Below, piece after piece: positions 7,477 through 17,931 of a stretch of DNA of 20,000 nt. Below the pieces are notes generated by a model. That model was not told the origin of the DNA, did not search any database, and saw only the letters and a program-made list of their open reading frames with translations. The DNA comes from Folioceros fuciformis (taxonomy: Eukaryota), in the NCBI GenBank assembly GCA_049999805.1, contig JBNGIO010006337.1, positions 177,242-197,241 on the forward strand. Direction: 5' to 3'. Position 1 is the first letter of the stretch, and each line of letters begins with the position of its first letter. A program made the position numbers and the translations under genes.

Positions 7477-8679
7477 TACCCCACCCAGCACATTGTAACA
7501 TTCACCAACCAATGGGGCTATGCTTCCGGCCATTCCAGCTTACGGACATCCTCATGCCACTAGGTGTGCGCGCCCGACACACAGCAGGGCGGGCTGGACT
7601 GGACTGGACTGAACAGAACTCGTTGCTCCGGTTTCGTATCTTGTACGCCGGACATCCATCACCGACTGCCAGGCCAAGGGAGGACGCTCCGTATACCAGA
7701 CATCCACTGACACGTTTGTGAACGCGTGAGTTCGATTAACGGGATAACGGGGCCACGGCCGAACGGATGGCAGGTGACCGCTTTGTGACAAACAGCATAT
7801 AGACTGACCAAGCCGACTTCTCGTCGTGGACGGTACCGTACGCACAATATCCGCCACGGGTCGGCATTGAGAAACTACCAACGACCAGCAGTCCCAACCG
7901 TCCGTGTAAGGTGGTATGGGTCGCTAAGCGATTCCGAGTTGGTGCGCGGTGGAACTGACCGAAGCAAAGTCCAGCGGTCTCTTCCGTGTTTCCACGAAGG
8001 CTCCTCATGTGGTGTGCCTCTCTCCTCTCCCCAGTCACTTACTTCGTAGGCGTGTACAGTTCCAAAGGATATACATACAACCGTGGCTGCAAATGGCCCG
8101 GCCCTATCTAAGCAGGGTTAGAACTACGCGATAAAATAGCCTGGAATGAATGCCTATCACTACTCGCCTATCTCTTACGTGTAAGAGAACCCCACCTTGA
8201 TTCTTGGGACGGCAAACGATGACGGTGTACGCGCTCAACAACCCTTCCCGGAAGCAGGTAGCGGCGCCACTGTGAAGTCAGGCCGGGTACAAATCAAAAA
8301 TCTCGCCGCCGCGACGTGTGTGTGGCGCAGGGGGATGCGCGGGCGGCGATTTTTCCCCCGGAAACACATGACCCCGCACCGCCTGAGATGCACACAAAAC
8401 ACGCCAAATCCGACCTCCGGACGGTGGCTGAGTGTCATCTGTTCCATTCTGCGGACCAAAACAAAACACAACGACGAGCCAACAGAAGCCATTAGCGTCG
8501 TCGGAAACAATAGGAAAACGGCCGGCGCTCTGCCTTCTGCCGGCGATGAACTGACCGGTGAACGAGACAATACTTCCACAGTGTCAGCCGTGGAGGTAAA
8601 GTCTTGTCCGACAACTAAATACCACACCAGACGTCATCATCGGGGACGGAAAACGAAGACAGACAACTTTCCAGATGAA

Positions 8680-9708
8680 CTAAATCATTTTATGACCATG
8701 GCTCCACTGTCTATTGTATGGAGTACCTGCCACTGCGAGTTGGTTGTTCAGGAAGGGGTCCTCCGCTTGTTCCTTGGCCATGTCGTCGTCCTCGTAAGAA
8801 TTCATAGCCAACTTGTCTTTGAATCTCTCAAGCACAGGTGTAGGCACGACGGCAGACCATGAGGCGAGCATAATTTGTTCATCGGTCATATTGCAAAACT
8901 GCATGGTCCGGAATAGCGTACACTGAGAGTCCGTCACCTGTTAGTGATGCCACGCCTTGGTCAGCAAGCTTCAAAACAAACAAAAAAGGAAGAGCCGGAG
9001 TAAAAAGCCTAGAATGCCTTACAGAGTTACGCGGACAGCATCTCAGTAAAGTTCCCCCGTCTGATACGAGGCGAGATGCATGTTGCAGTATCCGCACGAC
9101 GTCTGGAGTAAAACCAACTTCTTTACATAGATCAACCCAATCGATACGAATCCCGTTCTTGATGCAGATGACAATATGGTTGAAAATGGTCTCCTTCTTG
9201 ATATGGAGCTTCTTCTGTTGCACACAAACAAACAAACATAGAGCACCGTCCGTTACCAGCCTTTCCCAAAAACCTAACACCTGACCGTAAAGGACATAGC
9301 CTGCAACAGAGCCTAACAGGCAACCAGCCATTCACCTGCTTCTATGAGTTCAAAAGGGAGGCCTACCTCTATCTGTTCAAGAGAAAGCCCGTCCAGCTGC
9401 CACAGGTTCCAGCAACGAATGTGTCGCGGAGAAAGGGGTGGAATGGGTTGAGAGGCTGGGCGACAGCTTGTCCACGGGGTCACTTTTTCCTGCACAATGT
9501 TGAAAACCAGAGGACGGTCCAAGACGCTTTCGCGCTGCGAAGCTCGCGGTGCTGTAAACCTTGGGCCTACTTGCGAGGTTGATCTGAAAGCTGATGCAAA
9601 CCGAGGCAGCGGCGGGTAGAGGGATGCTGACTTCGACCAGATTCCTGACAAATCCATCAAAGCAACTCTTCCTCCCCGAAACGGCAGCCTCCTCAGCAAC
9701 AATGGCAT
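8680..9708 (-). CDS. Small protein (~263-268 aa) with a RecQ/WRN-type C-terminal helix-turn-helix domain (HTH_40-like), no helicase domain, transit-peptide-like N-terminus
   Basis: Exons 9708-9367, (possible 9300-9286), 9214-9023, 8937-8680, all phase-0 GT-AG. The spliced sequence LSPRHIRCWNLWQLDGLSLEQIE..KKLHIKKETIFNHIVICIKNGIRIDWVDLCKEVGFTPDVVRILQHA...RNS|VTDSQCTLFRTMQ parallels the C-terminus of plant WRN/RecQ6-like helicases as I recall it (AWxMWxxDGLSIQKIA...IKEQTVxxY......G..IDWxxFCxEVGLT). The start codon is uncertain; an in-frame TAG lies at 9757-9759. Confidence 0.72.
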
Positions 9709-10145
9709 GTCACTCTGCAGCTGCCGAGTAGAAGATGCAACAGCGGCGTCCGCGGGCTAACCTGCACCATTGTATACTACACACCCCCTTGCTGCACCGT
9801 CTCTAACGTAAACATCCGATCGCACTCCGGTACCGCCGCCACTCTGACTATCCCAATTTGCTCATCTAGATTCATTACATCTAGCCAAGGGTTTTCCACA
9901 TTAGGGTACAGTCTCTGCAGATTCCTCCGACACACATCTAGCGGCTGGGCCGCTGTGGCGGCGCTCCAGCCACATGCACATACTACGCATGTATGTATGT
10001 ACATCACGATTCGATTTGCATGGCAGCCACCTCACATGCAGTGAGGAATAATCTAGATCAATATGACGCCCTCATGGACGCGTCGTCTTACAGAGCAAAG
10101 TCCAGAGCTCATGAATGTTAGTTTGCAGTGCGGAGTTCATGAAAG

Positions 10146-13100
10146 TCAGGTTGTCGTCCACAGGGTATACAAAGTCTGGAAGTCGGGTTCCTTCTCAAGT
10201 GCGTGTCTGTATACTTCCTTTATCTTGACGACGTTTGCTCCTCCTCTCGAGGTGGTTGCAGAAACTGCACCGGTGTTGCTGTCAGTGCGTCGGCTGGAGT
10301 TGCTGCCAGCATGCTTGATAGCTACCGCTAACATCTTTTTCAACACAGCACGCAGCTGGTCGACGAATGTCGTGTAAACAGCGGGTGAAAGTTGGCTTTC
10401 CCTCCTCTCCGTGTCCCCTGATTTGGAAACACATCTCCGTCCTTCAAGCAGGTGTGCGAAAGCCAAGTCCAGCAGCTGTCATCCAGATGAGAGCCAAAGA
10501 TGAGCACAAAACAATGAAATGGCAGCTACCTGTCTATTCTATGCAAACGAACATTAGGTGCGGGCACTTACTGGGTTGGGGTGAGTCAAAGGTGCCATAT
10601 GTAAGCAGAGAGCTGATTTCTGCATTAAGATCTCAAGAAACATGTCGCAGTGAGTGTCAGGTTTATAGAACTCTAAAGCTTTCTCCCAATAAAGGTCCGA
10701 AAGGGATGCATGACGCTTCCCTGCCTGCAAACTGGCCCCCTCCATCTTCTGATGTACATGCTGTTCGCCTTGGCTGACCATACTCCTGATGCAACAGTCC
10801 CTCTCATGACAAGCGAGTTGAAATTGTGCAAATGCAGCCTCCTGCAGACGGATATCTCCTAAAGACTGGTACAGCACTAGAGCTTTCGTTATCATACCCC
10901 TTGCTGACAAACTGCTCTTCTTCTCACTGCCTTTACCATCCCTGGACATGTCAATCTGCGGTGACTCAAATGGCAGTGGCTCCACTGCTGATTTGGTGCC
11001 ATCAAAAGCAAGTTTCTCTTCTTTGGACAAAAGCATACCGAGCTTAAGATACGTGTGTGCTAGTTGCGTGTAAACCTCATTCCGCAAGTCAACTTCAATC
11101 TGGTCCCTTGCCTTATTCAACTCCTGCCTTGCAAGGTTATATTCCCGCAAAGATTCCAGATACAGAGTCTTCGCATGATCAACAGCTTGGAGCAGGATGC
11201 TTTGCTGCAGTGGACTGTTGCTCTGCTCCCAACGTGTCAATTGCAACACCACATTCTCAGCGGACGCCCTGTGTGAGTGACCCAAGTTGCAGTGAACAAG
11301 AACCACATTGGTGAAATCTTTGACTTCTACAAAAGCCTCAACAGCCACCTGGAACGACCCTTCGGCCGCCTTCACATTCCCAACCTGAAGCCTTTTGCGT
11401 CCTAGCTCATTGGCTGCCCAACCCTTCTTCCTGAAAGCGTTCTCCCTTTCCTTATCACATTCAGAATAACCTTCAAATGCAAGCACTGCTGATCTGTAAC
11501 ACTCAACCGAAGCTAGAAGGTTGGACTCCCAATCATCTGTCATGGGCCGTCTCAAGTAAGGACACATGTCACCCACACTGGTGCATATCAGAGGTAGACT
11601 GTCGTCTATTTGAGACGGCCTATCTATCTTGCTTGAAGATTCGCAAGGATTATTAGACTTGTCTAGGATCCTCCCATCAGAAGAGTTGTGAACTTCGTGT
11701 GCATTTCTTAAGAGCTGCTCACAGTTGCGCTTAGCATCCTCACTCCGACCAGGCATGTCCCTGGGTTTTCTATTCTTGGCTCCAGCTCTTTTCTCTGCCC
11801 TCAATGCAAATCTGGAAACTTCTCCTCTGATGCTGGAGCTACAGCTAGCACTATTCCCACTTTCAACTCGATCACTTTGGCAAGTACAACTGGTCAGACT
11901 ACAAAGACTACAGTTCCGCTTAGAAAGATCCATTCTTTTCTTCAGCCGCTTCACCTCTTTGGCTACATCCTGGAGAACCTTCAACTCTCCAGGAGCTAGA
12001 CTTTCTAGCTGAGCTGATACGTCTGGTAGACTCGCAGACCTTAACCTTTCCACAAACACATCACCAATGAACACCCACAACTGGCCCCAAAACAATCCTT
12101 TTCCGGGCCGCTCTTGCAGAGCAATGTTGTCGAGGAAAGTATCAGAGTCTGCCTGCTTCTCCATACATTTGTTCTTGTTTTTGCTCCTCCTATACCCATT
12201 AGAAGCACCACCCTTTGATTGCGAATACAACTTGCTGTTCATCTCCACAGAACGTTGTGGAATGCAACTTCGGATCAAGCATGCTAACTCTCCAGCTCTT
12301 AAAGCCAGAGCAAGCTCACCAGCATCCTTGTAGGCTCGTCCAAGTGCTAGATATGACTCTCCCAGTAGCAGAACCAGCCGCCATAATTTGTGATCCATCC
12401 TGTACCCTAACTCTGCATCCCTTAAGTCGCATAGTGGTATGCAGTCAATGTCTCCACAGACGCAAACCGTCATTTGCTGATGGCCCATTGCTTGGCCAGA
12501 AAAATTGCAGGACAAACACACCTTGTCATCAGCTCCAATGTTAGCATTTGTTCCAACATGTTCTAGTTTACGTTGCCATCTTAGTGCTTTAATAGCTTGG
12601 GAAATGTGATGTACAGCTGTCAAGGCGATAGAAGCAACCACAAGAGGATTTGAGGGGATCGAAGGAACTGTGATATCCCGTCGACCACGTGCATGGGTAG
12701 AGGAAAGCCCAGACTCAAGAATATCTTCAGACCTGCCACATGACTGTACATCGGAAGAGCTGTCTGAGATTGATTCACTTGCATCATTGCTCTCCGTACT
12801 GGCTGGCACAACCAGAGTTTTGGCTGTATCAACAGAGTCCCCACACAAGTTCAGGACCCTTTCTGGTGGTGAAGACAACCCCACAAGGCATGGGGCATCT
12901 CCTTCGCCCGGGTTGCTTGGAACATCAGGGAGCATACGATGATCACTTTCTCTCAATTCACAAACGCCTTGGTCTTCAATGTCAGCATCCTGAATCACAG
13001 TTTGTGAGGAAGGGAGCACTAGAGGAAACTGTTTATTGCCGGCTGCAATCTTCCCCAGAAGCAAAGGGTTCCGTGGCAACCCGAGCTCCTTCAAACAGTT

Positions 13101-15784
13101 CAGCATTACCCTTCCAACATGCTCATGGGCAGAAGATCGAACAACCTGCAAAGCAAGCCAAACCGGCCATCTCCGTCAATGCACGTCCATGATCAGCATT
13201 GGTTCTGAGAAGAAACAGCGAAATATCTGAAGCCAGTATAGTCAACGAGAACAAAACAGCGGTCCAACTCAATACTTGGAAACTTGCGCATACCAGGGGT
13301 TCTTGCTCATCCATGAACTCCAAACATTTCTCAAAAAGGCTTGCACACTTGCCTTGATCATCTGGGTTCTACACGCATTACGAGAGAGAAGAAAAGGAAC
13401 CGCGTTAAAGAGAATCACAACACCTACAAAATACTACACGCCCAGAAATAAGCAACAGATAGACACCTGTGAATGTGAAAAACGGTAAGCGAGACGATAG
13501 AGAAGCATTGCCAAGGGCAGAGAATAGCGCCCTTTGCTGTTTTTCCTGCCTGTGGGCAATGCTCCGCACTTTGTTGAGTCACTCTCTGCCCGTGATGATC
13601 GCGACTTCGAAATGGCAGCCAGGTCAAACAGATGCAGAAGATCTTCTCCAGCATTCTTGAAAAGCTACAAAATTGTGGGACATGTTTGCACGGAATTGCA
13701 ATGAGGAACACAGGAACAATGCCAGAGCAAAGAGAATGCAGCCAGATCTTACACTAGTGGGATAGGAACAGAGCACACACCCAATACGACCCTGGATCCT
13801 GCTTGCAATTATCCTGCAAAAATCTTAAGATTGAAGATGCATTTTGCTGCACCACATGAGGATGGAAACTGACAGTCCCATCTTCCGCAAGCCCTTTATA
13901 AAGAAGAATCTCTTCTGTCTTTAGAATTTGATATCCTTGGACAACACCCTTTTCATGGTAGAAGACAGCCAGCTCAGGAACACTTGCCATCACATTATCT
14001 AACCAAGCATCTAGCCAGACGAGGGGAGACACCTGTATTCAAAGGTAATGACACCTTCGTTACATCAGTTCCGAGCACATACGAAGCTGCTAACCATTCC
14101 TCAAAAAACAAAACACTCTGAACCCTAATTGCAAAATGTTCACCGACCTGACGATCAAGTTCGAGTAGATGTAAGCTCACAGGACCATGCTTTTCATCGC
14201 TGAAGACGAGAAGATCACTACCTAGCATCATACGCATGTGCTCAAACTCCCAAAACAGAACTCTTAGGAACCGCTCAGTACCGGGCCGTGGGTGACCATC
14301 TGGCTCATTCGGCAAATATTCAGCGTCCTGATGCTGATCCCCGAAAGCCATAAAGTCGTTCAGAGAATTAATGCCACTTTCACGTCTGTGATGTTGCCAT
14401 GATACACTCTGCTGGCCTGATTTATGTACTGGAACTTGATAGCTTGTACAGAACCCTTCGCTGTCAGCTTTAATTTCGTCATCAGCGGTGTGGTCCTGTA
14501 CCAGCTGCCAAGGAAAACATAGATTGACTTCGACAGAGGAATCAACCTCTGCCTCCCCTGAACTCCTTTGAGATGCTTGACCCAGGCCTGAGGTCGTCTC
14601 AGCAGCCATTGGTTGTGCTCGCGAGTCAAAAGTATGCCCACTAGCAAGGTGCTGGACAAACTTTGCAAAAAGGTTGCTCTCCACGCCATTGCCCTGCTTC
14701 TTCTTTCGTCTTGCAGCCTTCTCACTCTCCTCAGTCTCGGGCCTGTCAAGGTCCTATACATTAGTGGAAAGAGTTCGTCAAGCTCCCACAAGGAAGAAAA
14801 AAAGGTCAGAGTACTCAATAGACGAACGTACCCACTGCATAAGACAAGAGTTTGCCCAATACGATGAACGCCGACTGACAGTCGAGCCTTGCTGTATGGA
14901 GTCTTGAAAATTTGCTTCAAAATATCAACAGGACCTACGATATCTATCTTGTCTCCATAATCCAAAAAAGCACTCAGCGCGAGACTTGAAAGAGATTGTC
15001 CTCCACCTCGCTTACTCAGACCTACACAAGACAACACCAAGCACACGGCACATCCATGGACTCACTACCAGCCCGTCGCATTTCCATTCCACAACTCAAT
15101 TCCAGCAATAGACATGCCTCGATTTGCGGGTCACTGCAGGAAGACGGCAATCTTTGCACCTGAGAGAATCACCCAGTGATCCACCACAAGTCCTGCAACT
15201 TGCGGGCCTCCAGATACAGCTAGCAGCACTTACCCCCCGGGTCATGTGGACCAACAACGAACTGCTCGAAATGGGAACCCTGAGACGGAGGCGAATTCAG
15301 GTCGGTCTGCGTAGAAAGCCGACGGTAGCGAGGCGCGCTCATCCTGCAAACCACCGGCACAACCGCCCCACGGCAATTCAGTCAAAATTTGCTCATGCGC
15401 GTTTCCCGACACCATCGCCCTCCACTCGAATTCCCATTCCAGATCAACCCCTGCTTAGCACCAACCTCAAATGCCTTCCCCACCACTCCACGAGCCTCAC
15501 ACAAACCAGCTCCCAATCCAACGACAATCAGGGGATGTCAGGCGGGCATGCACAAACCGCTGGCTTGGGACAACAGCCGGGGCCGAGATGGTGCCGCTGC
15601 TGGTGCCGGTGGGGACAAGCAGGCCGCCGCACATGAAGGTCAGCTGCTGTTCCTGCTGCAACTGCAGACTTCCAACGCACGCCAGCTCCATGCTACTGCC
15701 AGGAACAATGGCCTTCATGCTCAGCTGCAGCTCCGGCTCCGTCTCCGGCTCCACCACCACTTGTTCCCCTCCCGGACCAGCCAT
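10146..15784 (-). CDS. EDRF1: Erythroid differentiation-related factor 1-like protein (plant At1g35660-like, TPR-like helical repeats), 9 exons, ~1516 aa
   Basis: Exons: 15784-15558, 15343-15234, 15021-14832, 14742-14148, 14032-13781, 13664-13467, 13368-13294, 13145-10572, 10475-10146. All GT-AG, phase-consistent, total 4551 nt. Family motifs: APRYRRLSTQTDLNSPP, DILKQIFKTPYSKARLSVGVHRIGQTLVL, FLRVLFWEFEHMRMMLGSDLLVFS, WLDAWLDNVMASVPELAVFYHEKGVVQGY, SILRFLQDNCKQDPGSYWLFKNAGED. A small extra exon inside the 15022-15233 intron cannot be excluded. Confidence 0.92.
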
Positions 15785-16509
15785 GGCGGGCGACACTAAC
15801 AGCTCCTCGCTTCCAACAGGCTTCCTTCACTTCCTAACGTGGAGTTTTACTCAAGTCCATTAAAGTCGAAGTTCTGGTTCTTTCTGGAAGGAGAAGGTAA
15901 ACTATGTTCCGTTCGACACTCGAGATCTGATGTGATCCGAAGGCAAGGACATCATGGGTAATGTCCCTACCTTGCATGCTTCTCCAGGACCCACAGAAGA
16001 GGGCACGTCCAGCAACGCCATCGCCACACGGACAAGGCCCATCAAGAATCGTCGTACTGCACGCCCACGGGTCTATTTCACCGTCTCGCTTCCCGACGCC
16101 AGACACGACAGTGCTGCTGTGGCGACGATGGCGCAGCTGGCTTGATCATCCGAGGACATGGATAGACTACCATAGAACTAGGGCAGGAGGGACGGACATA
16201 CATAGTGCGTTCTCACAGGTGTGAGTTCCCTATTGGAGAAAGTGTCGCTTGTGGTCATGCTGGAAGCCTGACTCGCGTCGGGCAAGAGGGCGAACAAACA
16301 AAATTCGTATCACGCAACTGCAGTGCCTCACCTTGGACCGTTGTACGTGGGTTTGGATTGACGGGAAGAGCTCCTGGATTCCCCGTCGGTTGAGGCTGCC
16401 AGAAGAGGGAGAAACTGAGTTCACTCTCAGACATGCGTGCTACGATTTGACTCCTGGCAGCGAGATTGCGGGTGCGGGGAGGAATTCTTGTGCAAGTGCA
16501 AGTGGGAAT

Positions 16510-17347
16510 ATGAAGGAGCCGGCGGTGGAAGAGCTCCCGCCCGGACCTGTGGGCAAAAAGAAGGAGGAGGTGGGGGTGCGCCGTGGCCACACTCTGGACG
16601 TGCTCAAGGAGCGGGAGAGTATGTTGGTGCTGCTGCGGGAGATGCTGGAGGAGATGGGAGCCCAGACTACCAAAGACGGGCAGGGCCTGCTGTCCCGCAC
16701 CAGGGGCGCTCTGGCCAGCAGAGCACCGCGGATCAGGCGCGCTGTCAAGGACTCTTCTCTGGATTTGTTTCAGTGGATGCGGCAGGGCGGTGCATGGCGC
16801 TCGTTTTTTGTCACTGTGGTATGCTTTTCGATCTACCACTGCATTCTTCTGCCTGAACGTCTGCGTCCGCTGCAATTCAATTCCTTTTGCGGCCCTAAAC
16901 GGAGGCATACGTCGCATGTGCAGGTCGCGCTCATCACTCTCATAGCTCTGACGGGCTTCAGTGTCTTCATGATCTTCTTCATTATAGCGACGGCGAACAC
17001 CATCGTTGTCAGTTTCCTCGTGTCACTGGCGGCAGTCGGGGCCTTCGTGGCAACCTTCTTCACATCTCTCACTGTAATCTACGTGGGAGCCGTGTCAATT
17101 GCAGCGATTTCTGTCTCTGCAGTCACAATGTCGACCATAGTTGCCATCGTTCTTGCTTCGGGTACATACTGTCCACCTTCAAAATGTGGCTGGTTCAGGA
17201 TTCTCATGTTTGCGATGTGTCAACTCGGTGGATGTTTGACGGCTAATGTCGTTACTGCTCCCTTGTGCAGGCGGGGTAGGTGTTCTGTGGCTCTTATGGC
17301 AAAGTGCTCGACGAGCGGTGGCCATGATGAAGAGCAAGACATGCTAG
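16510..17347 (+). CDS. LDIP: LDAP-interacting protein / lipid-droplet assembly factor (At5g16550-like; promethin/LDAF1-related), 3 exons, 207 aa
   Basis: Exons 16510-16818, 16924-17161, 17271-17347. The protein reads DLFQWMRQGGAWRSFFVTV|VALITLIALTGFSVFMIFFIIATANTIVVSFLVSLAAVGAFVATFFTSLTVIYVGAVSIAAISVSAVTMSTIVAIVLASG|GVGVLWLLWQSARRAV. This is a very long uncharged hydrophobic block with the 'ATAN.I..S.L.SLA..G.F.A.FF..LT..Y.GA.S.AA' pattern of LDIP. Confidence 0.85.
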
Positions 17348-17931
17348 TGAAGACCCTTTGTGATCCAAAGGACGATGCTTCCTGGCCCTCCCGCAAGCTG
17401 TGATGCGGCTGTACATACATACTTTCGGGTGCGAATCTACCGTGCCGTAGATGAGCCACATGCACTAGTTTCTGTTCTGCTATAGCGAGCATGCATTTAC
17501 CGAGAACACGTATCCTGGACTGCCAGGCACCCCGACAAGTCGAGCGAGTTCAGCTAAATCTTCTCGATAACCGCCAGCAGCTGCTGCCCTGCGCATGCAC
17601 CGCCCGAGCTCGTCAACTGAACATATCACGGGACGCTGAGAAACGGTTGAATGGCTGGCTAGCTAGCTCTTCTTGCATCCAGGCAAGACAATCCATCCTT
17701 CACGGCCAATGAAATGGCCAAGTCCTGGACAGGACAATCTGACGAGAGGCTTTGAAGTCTGAAATCGAACCCTAACGTTGTTATTTCACGGAAAACTTTC
17801 GGTGTCAAGATATGTATAAAGGATTCTGCTACCAGTAGCTTGGAAGCCTAGCAAGTTAGGCTGTAAACGGCTTACGTAGCGAGTACAGAGGGCCGTGGCC
17901 AGTTGGATGCGTGTCCGCACCAACAGCAGCC

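Noticed and set aside
7595..7612. (TGGAC)n short repeat
   Set aside because: About three units of a simple microsatellite with no supportable function.
8197..8862. 221-aa plus-strand ORF and the overlapping 8235-8627 minus ORF
   Set aside because: Non-ATG start for the long one, no domain pattern, and partly antisense to the HTH gene's last exon.
16249..17403. Single 384-aa ORF as the real protein
   Set aside because: It starts at a non-ATG codon and runs through two canonical introns. The spliced 207-aa model matches LDIP.
17768..17775. Telo-box-like AACCCTAA upstream of MED8
   Set aside because: It lacks the first A of AAACCCTA, and similar words occur in introns in this window. Too weak to call.
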